A stretch of 64,000 nt of DNA from an uncultured Lachnospiraceae bacterium (GTDB lineage: Bacteria > Bacillota > Clostridia > Lachnospirales > Lachnospiraceae): assembly GCA_947179245.1 (NCBI GenBank), contig CAMXBD010000001.1, forward strand, positions 11,562 through 75,561. Reading direction: 5' to 3'. A program made the position numbers and the translations under genes. Below the pieces are notes generated by a model. The model worked only from the letters and a program-made list of their open reading frames with translations, made no database searches and was not told the DNA's origin. Each line of letters starts with the position of its first letter. The stretch's first letter is position 1. Below are positions 48,441-58,083 of the stretch, piece after piece.

Positions 48441-50945
48441 ATGAACAAGGTAATAAATAGAAGACAAGCTATCTGCAGCACTGTCTGGATCATTGTACTG
48501 TGCGCGGTATTTGCATTGTGGCCGCTTCGTCTGGTGAAAGAGACAGTCGTTTCCGACAGCAATAAGCAGATCGTTGCGGAATCTGAGGCGATAACGTCCG
48601 GTTATGTAGTTCAACAGATGTTTATTGCACAGTATGATAAATTAAAGAATATTGACATCTATTTTGTTGACGGTACTCTCGGAGAGAGATTTAATTTTGT
48701 GTTGTACGATGCTGCCATGAACATAATTATGCAGCAGGTCATCAGCACAGAGGACATGAAGTCGATGCCCGGATACTGCACGGTTCAGGTCAACATAGAT
48801 GCAGAAGTCGGCAGGGAATATTATTATCTGATACAGGGAATAGATGCTCCGTTTTATGTGGCATATGAGAACACAGAGGATTCGGGGAATATATATAACG
48901 GTACGCTTTACTACGGCAATGTGGAAGATACGGAGCATTGCATGATTGCCACCTACGAATATGAAGTACCGCTTAGAAAGGGCAAAACACTGGTTTGTGA
49001 TGCTCTCTTTGTGCTGTCAGCTATTCTTGTTACTTTTTTAACCGGAAAATATTATGCAAAGAATCCGGAGAAAAACGTGCTGGTCACGGTGGGGCAGACG
49101 GTGAAAGCAGTGTGCAATCCGCTTATCATACTTGCAGGTATCATAGCTTTTGCTGCCGTATGGCCATGCAGAATGTTTACGAAAGTTCCGGTATCTATTG
49201 TTTTCTATGAAGTGAGCGTCCTGCTTGCGGTAGTGATCGCCCTTTATGCTGTCAATCATAACAGGACAGGCTGTGCTACAGACAGAACATTTGGAGACAT
49301 TCTTAAGACAGATTGGCAGAATTATCTGCAGTCGGCGCTCTTTGCGGGAGCAATATGGGCATGCTGCAACTATATGAATGGTCTGTATGAGATTCATCAT
49401 AGCGTGGCATACAGACAGATGCTGATCTTTTTTGCGCTGGCTGTGATTGTAACTTATAAATATAGGGATATTTTTAATATTGTAAATGTCGTGTATGTAG
49501 TAATAGCGGCGGTTGTCGCTTACAACTACTATACCGGTGCGGCAGCGGCATTAGAGAATCCGGAAGAACTGGATTTCGTTGTGGTGAAACTCACCGCGTG
49601 GGCAGGGGTTTTAGCAGGATTAGTTATAATCGGCGCTGTTCGTTTCATAGTGCGGAGGCAGATCAGGGATATTTCCATCGGGTATAGCATTCTGGTGGCA
49701 GCATTTTTTGTGCTGATCATTCTGTATCGCAATACGAGAGGATGGCCTATCTATCTGGTATGTTCTTTTGTACTGTTTTATTTAAACATGGCGGCGTGGG
49801 AGAAGAAGGCGGTGCTGCTTAGGAATATATGTAACGGTATTCTGTTCCATTTCGGCGCTATGGTTATATACTGCCTGCTCCACAGACCATATATGTTTTT
49901 CGTATACTACAGGTATCCTTTCATATTCCATACAGTGACGATGTCAGCGGTATATCTGTCATTGGTGGTGTGCGCCGCTCTGGTGAAATTTTTGGATGCA
50001 TACAGAAAGAATCCGCATCTGGCGGCTGTGTATAAAGAGTTGATCGTATTTGGGGTATCTGCGGTATATCTGCTGCTTACACTGTCGAGAACGGGATATC
50101 TGGCGATTATTGTCATGGCTGTGGCAATTATTCCTACGATGTGCTTTTCACTCAAGACAAGATGGCGCAGTATGATGCACAGCATAGGGATGATGGCGAT
50201 TGCGGCGGTACTTTGCTTTCCGGTGGTTTTTAGTGCGCAGAGAATGATACCTGCTGTAGTGGCAAGACCTGAGGCGTTTGAGATTGAAGAGTTTCCTACG
50301 GAGATTGTACATGGGAGGGACACAGACTCCCGATTCTATATTACGATACAGCGTTTTATACAGGTGTTCCAGATGAAGGTGCTGGGCATTCCGGAGGAAA
50401 AAAGCTTAAGAGCGATTTATATGGTAGTTGATGCCAGCGAGGAAATGTTTCATAATGCACTGTTCATTGATACCAATGAGATTCTGCTCGTATCAACGGA
50501 AGATGTGGCTGTAGATGCGGGAATGGCTGATACCACTCCGGAGAGCGAACCGGAAGAGTACTCATATACAAACGGCAGACTGGAAATTTTCAGATTGTAT
50601 TATAATAACCTCAATAAAATTGGGCATGATGATATGGGTATTATGGAGCCGAATGGGCATTACAATGTCCATGCGCATAATATATATCTTCAGGTTGCCT
50701 ATGACCACGGCATTTATGTAGGGATTGTGTTTATCCTGTTAGGTGCCGGGACGTTGATACAGGCGGCGGTCTATTTTCATAAGCGAAGGGAAGACAGGGC
50801 GTGCGCGGCACTGCCGCTTGCTGTCTTGATCTTATTTGCCGTTGCGGGTCTGACAGAGTGGATATTCCATCCTTGCAGTCCGATCGCATATTGTTTACTG
50901 CTGACGTTGGCACCGCTCCTTGTTGACAGACAAAGGACGGCGTAG
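48441..50945 (+). CDS. Large O-antigen-ligase/O-oligosaccharyltransferase-like (Wzy_C) membrane protein
   Basis: LTLSRTG, NGRLEIF, HAHNIYLQVAYDHG, GLTE; extra N-terminal soluble domain and TM block; 834 aa. Confidence 0.72.
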   Translation: MNKVINRRQAICSTVWIIVLCAVFALWPLRLVKETVVSDSNKQIVAESEAITSGYVVQQMFIAQYDKLKNIDIYFVDGTLGERFNFVLYDAAMNIIMQQVISTEDMKSMPGYCTVQVNIDAEVGREYYYLIQGIDAPFYVAYENTEDSGNIYNGTLYYGNVEDTEHCMIATYEYEVPLRKGKTLVCDALFVLSAILVTFLTGKYYAKNPEKNVLVTVGQTVKAVCNPLIILAGIIAFAAVWPCRMFTKVPVSIVFYEVSVLLAVVIALYAVNHNRTGCATDRTFGDILKTDWQNYLQSALFAGAIWACCNYMNGLYEIHHSVAYRQMLIFFALAVIVTYKYRDIFNIVNVVYVVIAAVVAYNYYTGAAAALENPEELDFVVVKLTAWAGVLAGLVIIGAVRFIVRRQIRDISIGYSILVAAFFVLIILYRNTRGWPIYLVCSFVLFYLNMAAWEKKAVLLRNICNGILFHFGAMVIYCLLHRPYMFFVYYRYPFIFHTVTMSAVYLSLVVCAALVKFLDAYRKNPHLAAVYKELIVFGVSAVYLLLTLSRTGYLAIIVMAVAIIPTMCFSLKTRWRSMMHSIGMMAIAAVLCFPVVFSAQRMIPAVVARPEAFEIEEFPTEIVHGRDTDSRFYITIQRFIQVFQMKVLGIPEEKSLRAIYMVVDASEEMFHNALFIDTNEILLVSTEDVAVDAGMADTTPESEPEEYSYTNGRLEIFRLYYNNLNKIGHDDMGIMEPNGHYNVHAHNIYLQVAYDHGIYVGIVFILLGAGTLIQAAVYFHKRREDRACAALPLAVLILFAVAGLTEWIFHPCSPIAYCLLLTLAPLLVDRQRTA

Positions 50946-50954
50946 GAAAAAGCT

Positions 50955-52841
50955 ATGGAAAAGAAGAGAAAAACATTTAATGTAAAACTATTATACAGAA
51001 GAACCTGTCTGATTATATATGATATTATCAGTGTTATTCTGGCGAGCTACTTAGCAATTGTGATCCGTTACGAGTTTAATGTGGATTCGATTCCGGTGCA
51101 CTTTATGGAGCCGATTGAGCAGTTTATGCCGATCAATATTCTGCTAACACTGGCAATTTTCTATTTCTTTCACCTGTACAGCAGTTTGTGGGCGTTTGCA
51201 GGCGAGACGGAATTGCAGAATATTGTCGTATCCTGCGTTTTATCAACGCTTATTAACAGTATAGGATTACAGTTTTTTAAGATAAAAGCACAGGCGGTTC
51301 CGAGAAGTTATTACTTTTTCTATCTGTTTTTACTGCTTACCTGTATCTTTACAAGCCGCTTTTCCTACCGGTTTTTCAGAGGATTAAAGCATAAGCAGCA
51401 GAATAAGAAGAACCTTATCTCGGTTATGGTAATCGGCGCGGGGGAAGCCGCTAACCTGATTATTAAGGAGATTGTAAACAGCAATTTCTCTACTATGGTT
51501 ATTAAATGCATTATTGATGATGATAAAGGAAAATGGGGAAGATATATTCAAGGCATCAAAGTCGTCGGCGGACGGGACAAGATTGTGGAGTGTGCAGACG
51601 TCTACGATGTGGATGAAATCATTGTGGCAATGCCTTCGGCAAGCAGGGCAGAGATCAGGAAGATATTGGAGATCTGTAAGGATACCAATTGCAAACTGCG
51701 CTCCCTTCCGGGAATGTATCAGCTCGTGAATGGAGAAGTGAACGTCGCTAAACTGCGTGATGTGGAAGTAGAAGATCTGCTTGGAAGAGATCCCATTACC
51801 GTGGATTTAAATTCCATTATCGGTTATGTTCAGGGCAAGGTAATACTAGTCACCGGGGGAGGCGGCTCCATCGGCAGTGAGTTGTGCAGACAGATTGCAA
51901 CGCATAAACCGAAACAGCTTATAATCGTGGATATTTATGAAAATTCGATCTATGACGTTCAACAGGAGTTAAAAGCCAGATACCCCGAATTAGATTTGGT
52001 AGTATTGGTGGCTTCGGTGAGAAATACGAACCGCATGAATTATATTTTTTCAACATATCATCCGGATATTGTATATCATGCGGCGGCGCATAAACATGTA
52101 CCCTTGATGGAAGACAGCCCTACAGAGGCGATTAAAAATAATGTATTTGGAACTTTTAAGACTGCTCAGGCGGCGGCTATGAGCGGGGTACAGCGTTTTG
52201 TCATGATTTCCACGGACAAGGCTGTGAATCCGACGAATATCATGGGTGCAAGCAAGCGCATCTGTGAGATGATTATTCAAACATTTGATAAACACTATGA
52301 GACAGAATTTGTGGCGGTCCGGTTCGGCAATGTGCTGGGAAGCAACGGAAGCGTGATTCCGTTGTTCCGCAAACAGATTGCCGCGGGCGGTCCAGTGACA
52401 GTGACAGACCCGAATATCATCCGTTATTTTATGACGATTTCTGAAGCGGTATCCCTTGTACTGCAGGCAGGCGCATATGCAAGAGGCGGGGAGATCTTCG
52501 TATTGGATATGGGAGAACCTGTGAGAATACTGGATCTGGCGCAGAACCTCATCAAGTTATCCGGCTATCGCGTGAATGAGGATATTAAAATCGAATTTAC
52601 GGGACTTCGTCCGGGGGAGAAGCTGTATGAAGAGCTTCTGATGGACGAGGAAGGTATGAAGGATACGGCGAATAAGATGATTCACATCGGCAAACCGATT
52701 GAGCTGGATGAGCATGAGTTCTTTACACAGCTTAAAGAGTTAAAGGATGAATGCCAGATAGAGAGTTCGGATATCAGACCGCTCATTAAAAAGATTGTTC
52801 CGACTTACCACAGCATGGACACAGAAGACGAAAAAATATAG
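50955..52841 (+). CDS. Membrane-bound UDP-GlcNAc 4,6-dehydratase (PglF/CapD/EpsC family)
   Basis: N-terminal TMs, IGAGEA, EDLLGRD, TGGGGSIGSELCRQ, HAAAHKHVP, STDKAVNPTNIMGASK. Confidence 0.93.
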   Translation: MEKKRKTFNVKLLYRRTCLIIYDIISVILASYLAIVIRYEFNVDSIPVHFMEPIEQFMPINILLTLAIFYFFHLYSSLWAFAGETELQNIVVSCVLSTLINSIGLQFFKIKAQAVPRSYYFFYLFLLLTCIFTSRFSYRFFRGLKHKQQNKKNLISVMVIGAGEAANLIIKEIVNSNFSTMVIKCIIDDDKGKWGRYIQGIKVVGGRDKIVECADVYDVDEIIVAMPSASRAEIRKILEICKDTNCKLRSLPGMYQLVNGEVNVAKLRDVEVEDLLGRDPITVDLNSIIGYVQGKVILVTGGGGSIGSELCRQIATHKPKQLIIVDIYENSIYDVQQELKARYPELDLVVLVASVRNTNRMNYIFSTYHPDIVYHAAAHKHVPLMEDSPTEAIKNNVFGTFKTAQAAAMSGVQRFVMISTDKAVNPTNIMGASKRICEMIIQTFDKHYETEFVAVRFGNVLGSNGSVIPLFRKQIAAGGPVTVTDPNIIRYFMTISEAVSLVLQAGAYARGGEIFVLDMGEPVRILDLAQNLIKLSGYRVNEDIKIEFTGLRPGEKLYEELLMDEEGMKDTANKMIHIGKPIELDEHEFFTQLKELKDECQIESSDIRPLIKKIVPTYHSMDTEDEKI

Positions 52842-52856
52842 AAAAGAGAGGCAATT

Positions 52857-53990
52857 ATGGATAAGAAAAGGATTTATTTATCCTCGCCGACTATGCACGG
52901 GGACGAACAGAGATTTGTTCAGGAGGCTTTTGACACGAACTGGGTGGCTCCTTTGGGACCGAATGTTAATGCCCTTGAGAAAGAGATTGCGGAATATACG
53001 GATTGCGGTTATGCGGCGGCGCTCAGCGCAGGGACGGCTGCTATTCATTTAGGGTTAAAATTGCTGGAAATCGGACAGGGCGATGTGGTATTTGTATCGG
53101 ATCTGACGTTTTCGGCGACCTGTAATCCAATCAGATATGAGAATGCGACACCGGTATTTATCGATGCGGAGCCGGATACATGGAACATGTCACCGGAAGC
53201 GCTAGAGAAAGCCTTCGAGAAATATCCGAATCCGAAGGCGGTAATCTGCGTTCATCTGTATGGTACTCCGGCGAAACTGGATGAGATCATGGCAATCTGT
53301 GAAAAGCACAATGTACCGTTGATTGAAGATGCGGCGGAATCTCTTGGAAGCACTTATAAGGGACAGCATACAGGTACTTTAGGGAAGTATGGCATCTATT
53401 CTTTTAATGGAAATAAGATTATTACGACATCCGGCGGAGGGATGCTGGTGTCCAAGGAAGAAGAGGCGATGAAGAAAGCTACCTTTCTTGCGACACAGGC
53501 GAGAGATCCCGCCAGACATTATCAGCATTCCCAGATTGGGTATAATTACCGTATGAGCAATATTACGGCAGGTATCGGCAGGGGACAGTTGATGCATCTG
53601 GAAGAGCATAAGGCGAAGAAAAAGGAAATTTACAGGCAATATAAAGAAGCATTTTCGGATATTCCGGAGATTACCATGAATCCCCTTAATCCGGACGGAG
53701 ACGCTAACTGCTGGCTGTCCGGTATGATAATCGACAAAGAATGTAAAATAACACCCGATATGATAATGGATGCATTGGCGGCGGAAAATATCGAGTCAAG
53801 ACCAGTCTGGAAACCCATGCATTTGCAGCCTGTTTTTGAGGAGTATGATTTCATACCGCATAATGAGGACGGAAGCAGTGTGGGAGAAGATGTTTTTAAC
53901 AGAGGCTTATGCCTGCCCAGCGATATCAAGAATACGGCGGAGGATATGGAACTGATTATTCGGATAGTAAGAGGGTTTTTCAAGAATTGA
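52857..53990 (+). CDS. DegT/DnrJ sugar aminotransferase (PglE/EpsN-like)
   Basis: IYLSSP, NWVAPLGP, EDAAESLG, SFNGNKIITTSGGG, GYNYRMSN, RPVWKPMH. Confidence 0.92.
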   Translation: MDKKRIYLSSPTMHGDEQRFVQEAFDTNWVAPLGPNVNALEKEIAEYTDCGYAAALSAGTAAIHLGLKLLEIGQGDVVFVSDLTFSATCNPIRYENATPVFIDAEPDTWNMSPEALEKAFEKYPNPKAVICVHLYGTPAKLDEIMAICEKHNVPLIEDAAESLGSTYKGQHTGTLGKYGIYSFNGNKIITTSGGGMLVSKEEEAMKKATFLATQARDPARHYQHSQIGYNYRMSNITAGIGRGQLMHLEEHKAKKKEIYRQYKEAFSDIPEITMNPLNPDGDANCWLSGMIIDKECKITPDMIMDALAAENIESRPVWKPMHLQPVFEEYDFIPHNEDGSSVGEDVFNRGLCLPSDIKNTAEDMELIIRIVRGFFKN

Positions 53991-54032
53991 TTCCCAAACA
54001 GCCGCGCGTAATGAGAAAGGAAGGGAACGTGT

Positions 54033-54674
54033 ATGTATAAAAATTGCATTAAGAGATGCTTAGATTTCCTGCTTTCTCTATGCGGAATCGTTGTGCTCAG
54101 TCCTATTTTGGTGGTGCTTGGTATTCTGGTCCGTGTGAAACTGGGGTCGCCCATCATTTTCAAGCAGGAGCGGCCGGGAAAGAACGAGAAGATATTTACA
54201 CTTTGTAAATTTCGGACGATGACGGATAAGCGGGATGAAAACGGAGAACTTTTACCGGATTCGATGAGGCTGACAAAGTTCGGGAAATTCCTGCGTGCTG
54301 CGAGTCTGGATGAATTACCGGAACTCTTTAATATTTTGAAGGGAGATATGAGCATTATCGGTCCGAGACCGCTTCTGGTATCATATCTGCCGTATTACAG
54401 TGAACGGGAGAAGCTGCGGCACAGTGTACGCCCCGGATTGACTGGACTTGCACAGGTCAGCGGACGTAATTTTATCGACTGGGACAGGCGGCTTCAAAAA
54501 GACGTAGAATATGTGGAGAATCTTTCTTTCCGAATGGATGTGAAGGTGTTATGGCTGACAGTGCAGACCGTTCTCGGACACACCGAAGAAGTGGCTGAGG
54601 ATACTAATGCAGTAGAGGGGAATTTTGCAGAGATCCGCAAAAAGAGACTGGAGGAGACTGGAAAACTAGTATGA
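54033..54674 (+). CDS. Small phosphoglycosyltransferase (PglC/EpsL-like)
   Basis: KFRTMTD, RLTKFGKFLR..SLDELPEL, GDMS.IGPRP, RPGLTGLAQ. Confidence 0.92.
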   Translation: MYKNCIKRCLDFLLSLCGIVVLSPILVVLGILVRVKLGSPIIFKQERPGKNEKIFTLCKFRTMTDKRDENGELLPDSMRLTKFGKFLRAASLDELPELFNILKGDMSIIGPRPLLVSYLPYYSEREKLRHSVRPGLTGLAQVSGRNFIDWDRRLQKDVEYVENLSFRMDVKVLWLTVQTVLGHTEEVAEDTNAVEGNFAEIRKKRLEETGKLV

Positions 54675-55654
54675 ATATTCTGATTTTGAGCGCCGGCACC
54701 CGGAACAAGGTGGTGCAGTATTTTAAGAAAGAAATAGGCAATACGGGCAGAGTCATTGCTACCGACTGCAGTAATCTTGCGCCGGCAGTCTATGATGCGG
54801 ACAAGTTCTATCTGGTGCCGAGGATCACAGCGCCGGGATATATGGATGTGATTCTGGATATTTGCAGAAAAGAAAAAATAACGGGCGTTCTGTCATTGAT
54901 TGATCCGGAACTGAGTATGCTGGCAAAAGAGAAAGAGCAGTTTCTGGGAATAGGAACAACACCTGTTATTTCCGACTATGATCTGGTGGAAACCTGCTTT
55001 GATAAGTACAAAATGTATGAACTGCTGTGTAAGATGCAGATTCCTGCTGCTAAGTGCTATCTTGACAAAGAAACATTTTATCAGGCTGTGGAAAAAGGCG
55101 AAATTGCTTATCCGGTATTTGTCAAGCCTGTGAAGGGAAGCGCCAGCCTGAACATTAATAAGGTAAACAGCCGTAAAGAGATAGAAGTATTATTCGATTT
55201 ATATGATGACCTGATGATTCAGGAGTATATGGACGGACAGGAATACGGCGCGGATGTGTACATTGATATGATATCCGGTAAATGCACGTCCATATTTGTG
55301 AAAAAGAAGATTAAGATGCGTGCGGGGGAGACAGACAAATCGGTGTCCTGTAAGGATGAAGGACTTTTTGCCATGATACGGCAGTTCGTGGAGGAATGTG
55401 GTTTCCGCGGTATGATAGATATTGATATTTTTGAGATTAACGGAATTTATTATATTTCCGAGGTCAATCCCCGTTTCGGCGGCGGATATCCTCACGCTTA
55501 CGTCTGCGGCGTCAACATGCCCGCATCGATTCTGCGCAATCTTGAGGGACAGGAAAATGAAGTGAGGATAGGAGATTATTCGGAAAACATTGTAATGATG
55601 AAATATAACGAAATTGCAGTCCGTGATATGAACGGGATGGAAATTGTACCTTAA
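54671..55654 (+). CDS. ATP-grasp ligase (paralogue of 33653-34642)
   Basis: NILILSAGTRN, CFDKY, FVKP..GSAS, MRAGETDKS, SEVNPRFGGGYP. Confidence 0.88.
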   Translation: MNILILSAGTRNKVVQYFKKEIGNTGRVIATDCSNLAPAVYDADKFYLVPRITAPGYMDVILDICRKEKITGVLSLIDPELSMLAKEKEQFLGIGTTPVISDYDLVETCFDKYKMYELLCKMQIPAAKCYLDKETFYQAVEKGEIAYPVFVKPVKGSASLNINKVNSRKEIEVLFDLYDDLMIQEYMDGQEYGADVYIDMISGKCTSIFVKKKIKMRAGETDKSVSCKDEGLFAMIRQFVEECGFRGMIDIDIFEINGIYYISEVNPRFGGGYPHAYVCGVNMPASILRNLEGQENEVRIGDYSENIVMMKYNEIAVRDMNGMEIVP

Positions 55655-55668
55655 GAACGGAGAGATAT

Positions 55669-56754
55669 ATGGGCAGGATATTGATTTTGACAAATTCTTC
55701 CGGCGGGCTGTATGATTTCCGCAATGAATTTGTTCAGGCGCTGCTGGCTGGACATGAGGTCTATGTCAGTATGCCGGACGATGTAAAAGAGAAGGAACTG
55801 ACCGCGGAAGGCTGTCGGATCATCAAGACGGATATCAACCGCAGAGGTATTAATCCGTTGGAAGATCTGAAATTATACCGCACATACAGCCGGATGATGA
55901 AAGCGCTTAAGCCTGATCTGGTAGTCACTTATACGATCAAACCGAATATTTATGGCGGATTTGCGGCGGCAAGACGCAAAATTCCTTATATCGCTACGAT
56001 TACCGGACTCGGCGGCGCTTTTGACAGAACCGGAATATTGCTTAGATTGATCGTCACGATGTATCGAACAGGGCTTAAGAAAGCCGCCTGTGTGTTTTTC
56101 CAGAATGAGGAGAACAGAGGGATTTTTCAGAGGCTTGGCATTACGGCAAAAAAAACAAGAATGGTTATGGGGTCAGGTGTCAATCTGGACAGACACCGCT
56201 ATGAGGAATATCCCACCGGAGAAGATACACACTTTCTTTTTGTGGGCAGGGTGATGAAAGAACGTGGTATACTGGAGTATATCGAAGCGGCGGAGGCACT
56301 ACATAGCGACAGCGTTTTTTTCGATATCATGGGATACTGTGATGAAGATTATCAGGACATGCTGGATGAACTGGAGCGGAAAGGAATCGTACATCAGATC
56401 GGTTTTCACACGGAGGTGCATCCGTATCTGGCAGCGGCGAGTGCAATCGTGGTGGCATCCTTCCATGAAGGAATGTCTAATGCTCTGATTGAAGGTGCGG
56501 CAACGGGAAGACCGGTGATAGCTTCAAATATCAGCGGATGCCTTGAAGCTTTTGAGGAAGGCCAGACAGGATTCGGATTTACGCCCGGTCATGCGGAGGA
56601 GCTGATTCGGGCGATGAAGATGTTTCTGTCACTTTCGACGAAGGAACGTGCTAAGATGGGACGAAGAGCCAGAGAGAAGATGGAGAAAGAATTCGACAGA
56701 AAGCTGGTCACAGGAGAATATATGGATGAAGTGCGGCTGATTCTGGGCAAATGA
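55669..56754 (+). CDS. GT4 glycosyltransferase (CapM/PglA-like)
   Basis: YTIKPNIYG, ITGLG, FQN, GSGV, EGMSNALIE. Confidence 0.9.
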   Translation: MGRILILTNSSGGLYDFRNEFVQALLAGHEVYVSMPDDVKEKELTAEGCRIIKTDINRRGINPLEDLKLYRTYSRMMKALKPDLVVTYTIKPNIYGGFAAARRKIPYIATITGLGGAFDRTGILLRLIVTMYRTGLKKAACVFFQNEENRGIFQRLGITAKKTRMVMGSGVNLDRHRYEEYPTGEDTHFLFVGRVMKERGILEYIEAAEALHSDSVFFDIMGYCDEDYQDMLDELERKGIVHQIGFHTEVHPYLAAASAIVVASFHEGMSNALIEGAATGRPVIASNISGCLEAFEEGQTGFGFTPGHAEELIRAMKMFLSLSTKERAKMGRRAREKMEKEFDRKLVTGEYMDEVRLILGK

Positions 56755-56766
56755 TGGAGGTATAAA

Positions 56767-58083
56767 ATGGATTTATATGAGAAAATTGTAAAGGGAGAAG
56801 AAAAATTATCTTTAGTGGGATTGGGCTACGTGGGTATGCCGATTGCGGTTGCCTTTGCAAGAAAGATCAAGGTAGTAGGCTTCGATCTCAATGAGGAAAA
56901 GATAGGATTATATAAGAGCGGCATTGATCCGACCAATGAGGTGGGCAATGAAGTAATCAAGAACACGACAGTGGAATTTACGGCTGACCCTGCTAAGCTG
57001 AAAGAGGCGAAATTCCATATCGTTGCAGTGCCGACGCCTGTCAATGACGATCATACGCCGGACTTGACACCGGTGGAGGGAGCAAGCCACATCTTAGGAC
57101 AGAATCTGACCAAGGGATCTATCGTTGTATTTGAATCCACGGTTTATCCGGGTGTCACAGAGGAGACTTGTGTGCCGATTCTTGAGCAGGAGTCCGGATT
57201 GAAATGCGGTGTGGACTTTAAGATCGGTTATTCGCCCGAACGTATTAACCCCGGCGACAAAGTACATCGCTTGGAAACTATCACAAAGATCGTATCCGGT
57301 ATGGATGAGGAGACGCTTGATATTGTTGCTAAAGTGTATGAGCTGGTAGTTGAGGCAGGAGTATACCGTGCAGAATCCATCAAGGTAGCCGAGGCGGCAA
57401 AAGTCATTGAAAACAGTCAGAGGGATATCAATATTGCGTTTATGAATGAACTGTCAATGATTTTTCACAAGATGGATATAGATACCAGAGCAGTGCTTGA
57501 GGCTGCCGGAACAAAGTGGAATTTCCTGAAATTTATGCCGGGACTTGTGGGCGGACACTGCATAGGTGTAGATCCTTATTATCTGACGTATAAAGCGGAA
57601 GGGCTGGGATATCACTCACAGATCATTTTGTCGGGACGCCGCATCAATGATGATATGGGCAGATATGTGGCAGAGAGTCTGGTGAAAAATCTGATCAAAG
57701 CGAGGATACCTGTCAGGAACGCGCGGGTAGCGATTTTAGGATTTACATTCAAGGAGAATTGCCCTGATACGAGAAACACGAAAGTAATTGATATCTATAA
57801 GGAGCTGGGAGAATATGGGATTGATCCCGTTGTAGTGGATCCTGCCGCTGACGCGGACGAGGCGAAGCGGCTGTATGGTATTAGTTTCCAGACGATGCAG
57901 GATGTCACAAATATGGATGCAGTGGTCATTGCAGTGGCACATGATGCATTTTCAAGTCTGGACAAGAAGCAGATTGGCGCATTTTATAACCCTGCGAACA
58001 AGCAGAAGGTTTTGATGGATATTAAGGGATTATTAGACAGGAAAGAGTATCTGACAGAGGATTATCTGTATTGGAGATTGTAA
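56767..58083 (+). CDS. UDP-HexNAc 6-dehydrogenase (WbpO/TviB/CapL family)
   Basis: GLGYVG, ESTVYPG, YSPERINPGD, KVIENSQRD, GGHCIGVDPYYL, GFTFKENCPD.RN. Confidence 0.92.
   Translation: MDLYEKIVKGEEKLSLVGLGYVGMPIAVAFARKIKVVGFDLNEEKIGLYKSGIDPTNEVGNEVIKNTTVEFTADPAKLKEAKFHIVAVPTPVNDDHTPDLTPVEGASHILGQNLTKGSIVVFESTVYPGVTEETCVPILEQESGLKCGVDFKIGYSPERINPGDKVHRLETITKIVSGMDEETLDIVAKVYELVVEAGVYRAESIKVAEAAKVIENSQRDINIAFMNELSMIFHKMDIDTRAVLEAAGTKWNFLKFMPGLVGGHCIGVDPYYLTYKAEGLGYHSQIILSGRRINDDMGRYVAESLVKNLIKARIPVRNARVAILGFTFKENCPDTRNTKVIDIYKELGEYGIDPVVVDPAADADEAKRLYGISFQTMQDVTNMDAVVIAVAHDAFSSLDKKQIGAFYNPANKQKVLMDIKGLLDRKEYLTEDYLYWRL

Noticed and set aside
56148-56155. A8 tract in a GT4 gene as a phase-variation site
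   Set aside because: Short, in frame and unremarkable; no long G/C tracts or microsatellites were seen in the GT genes.
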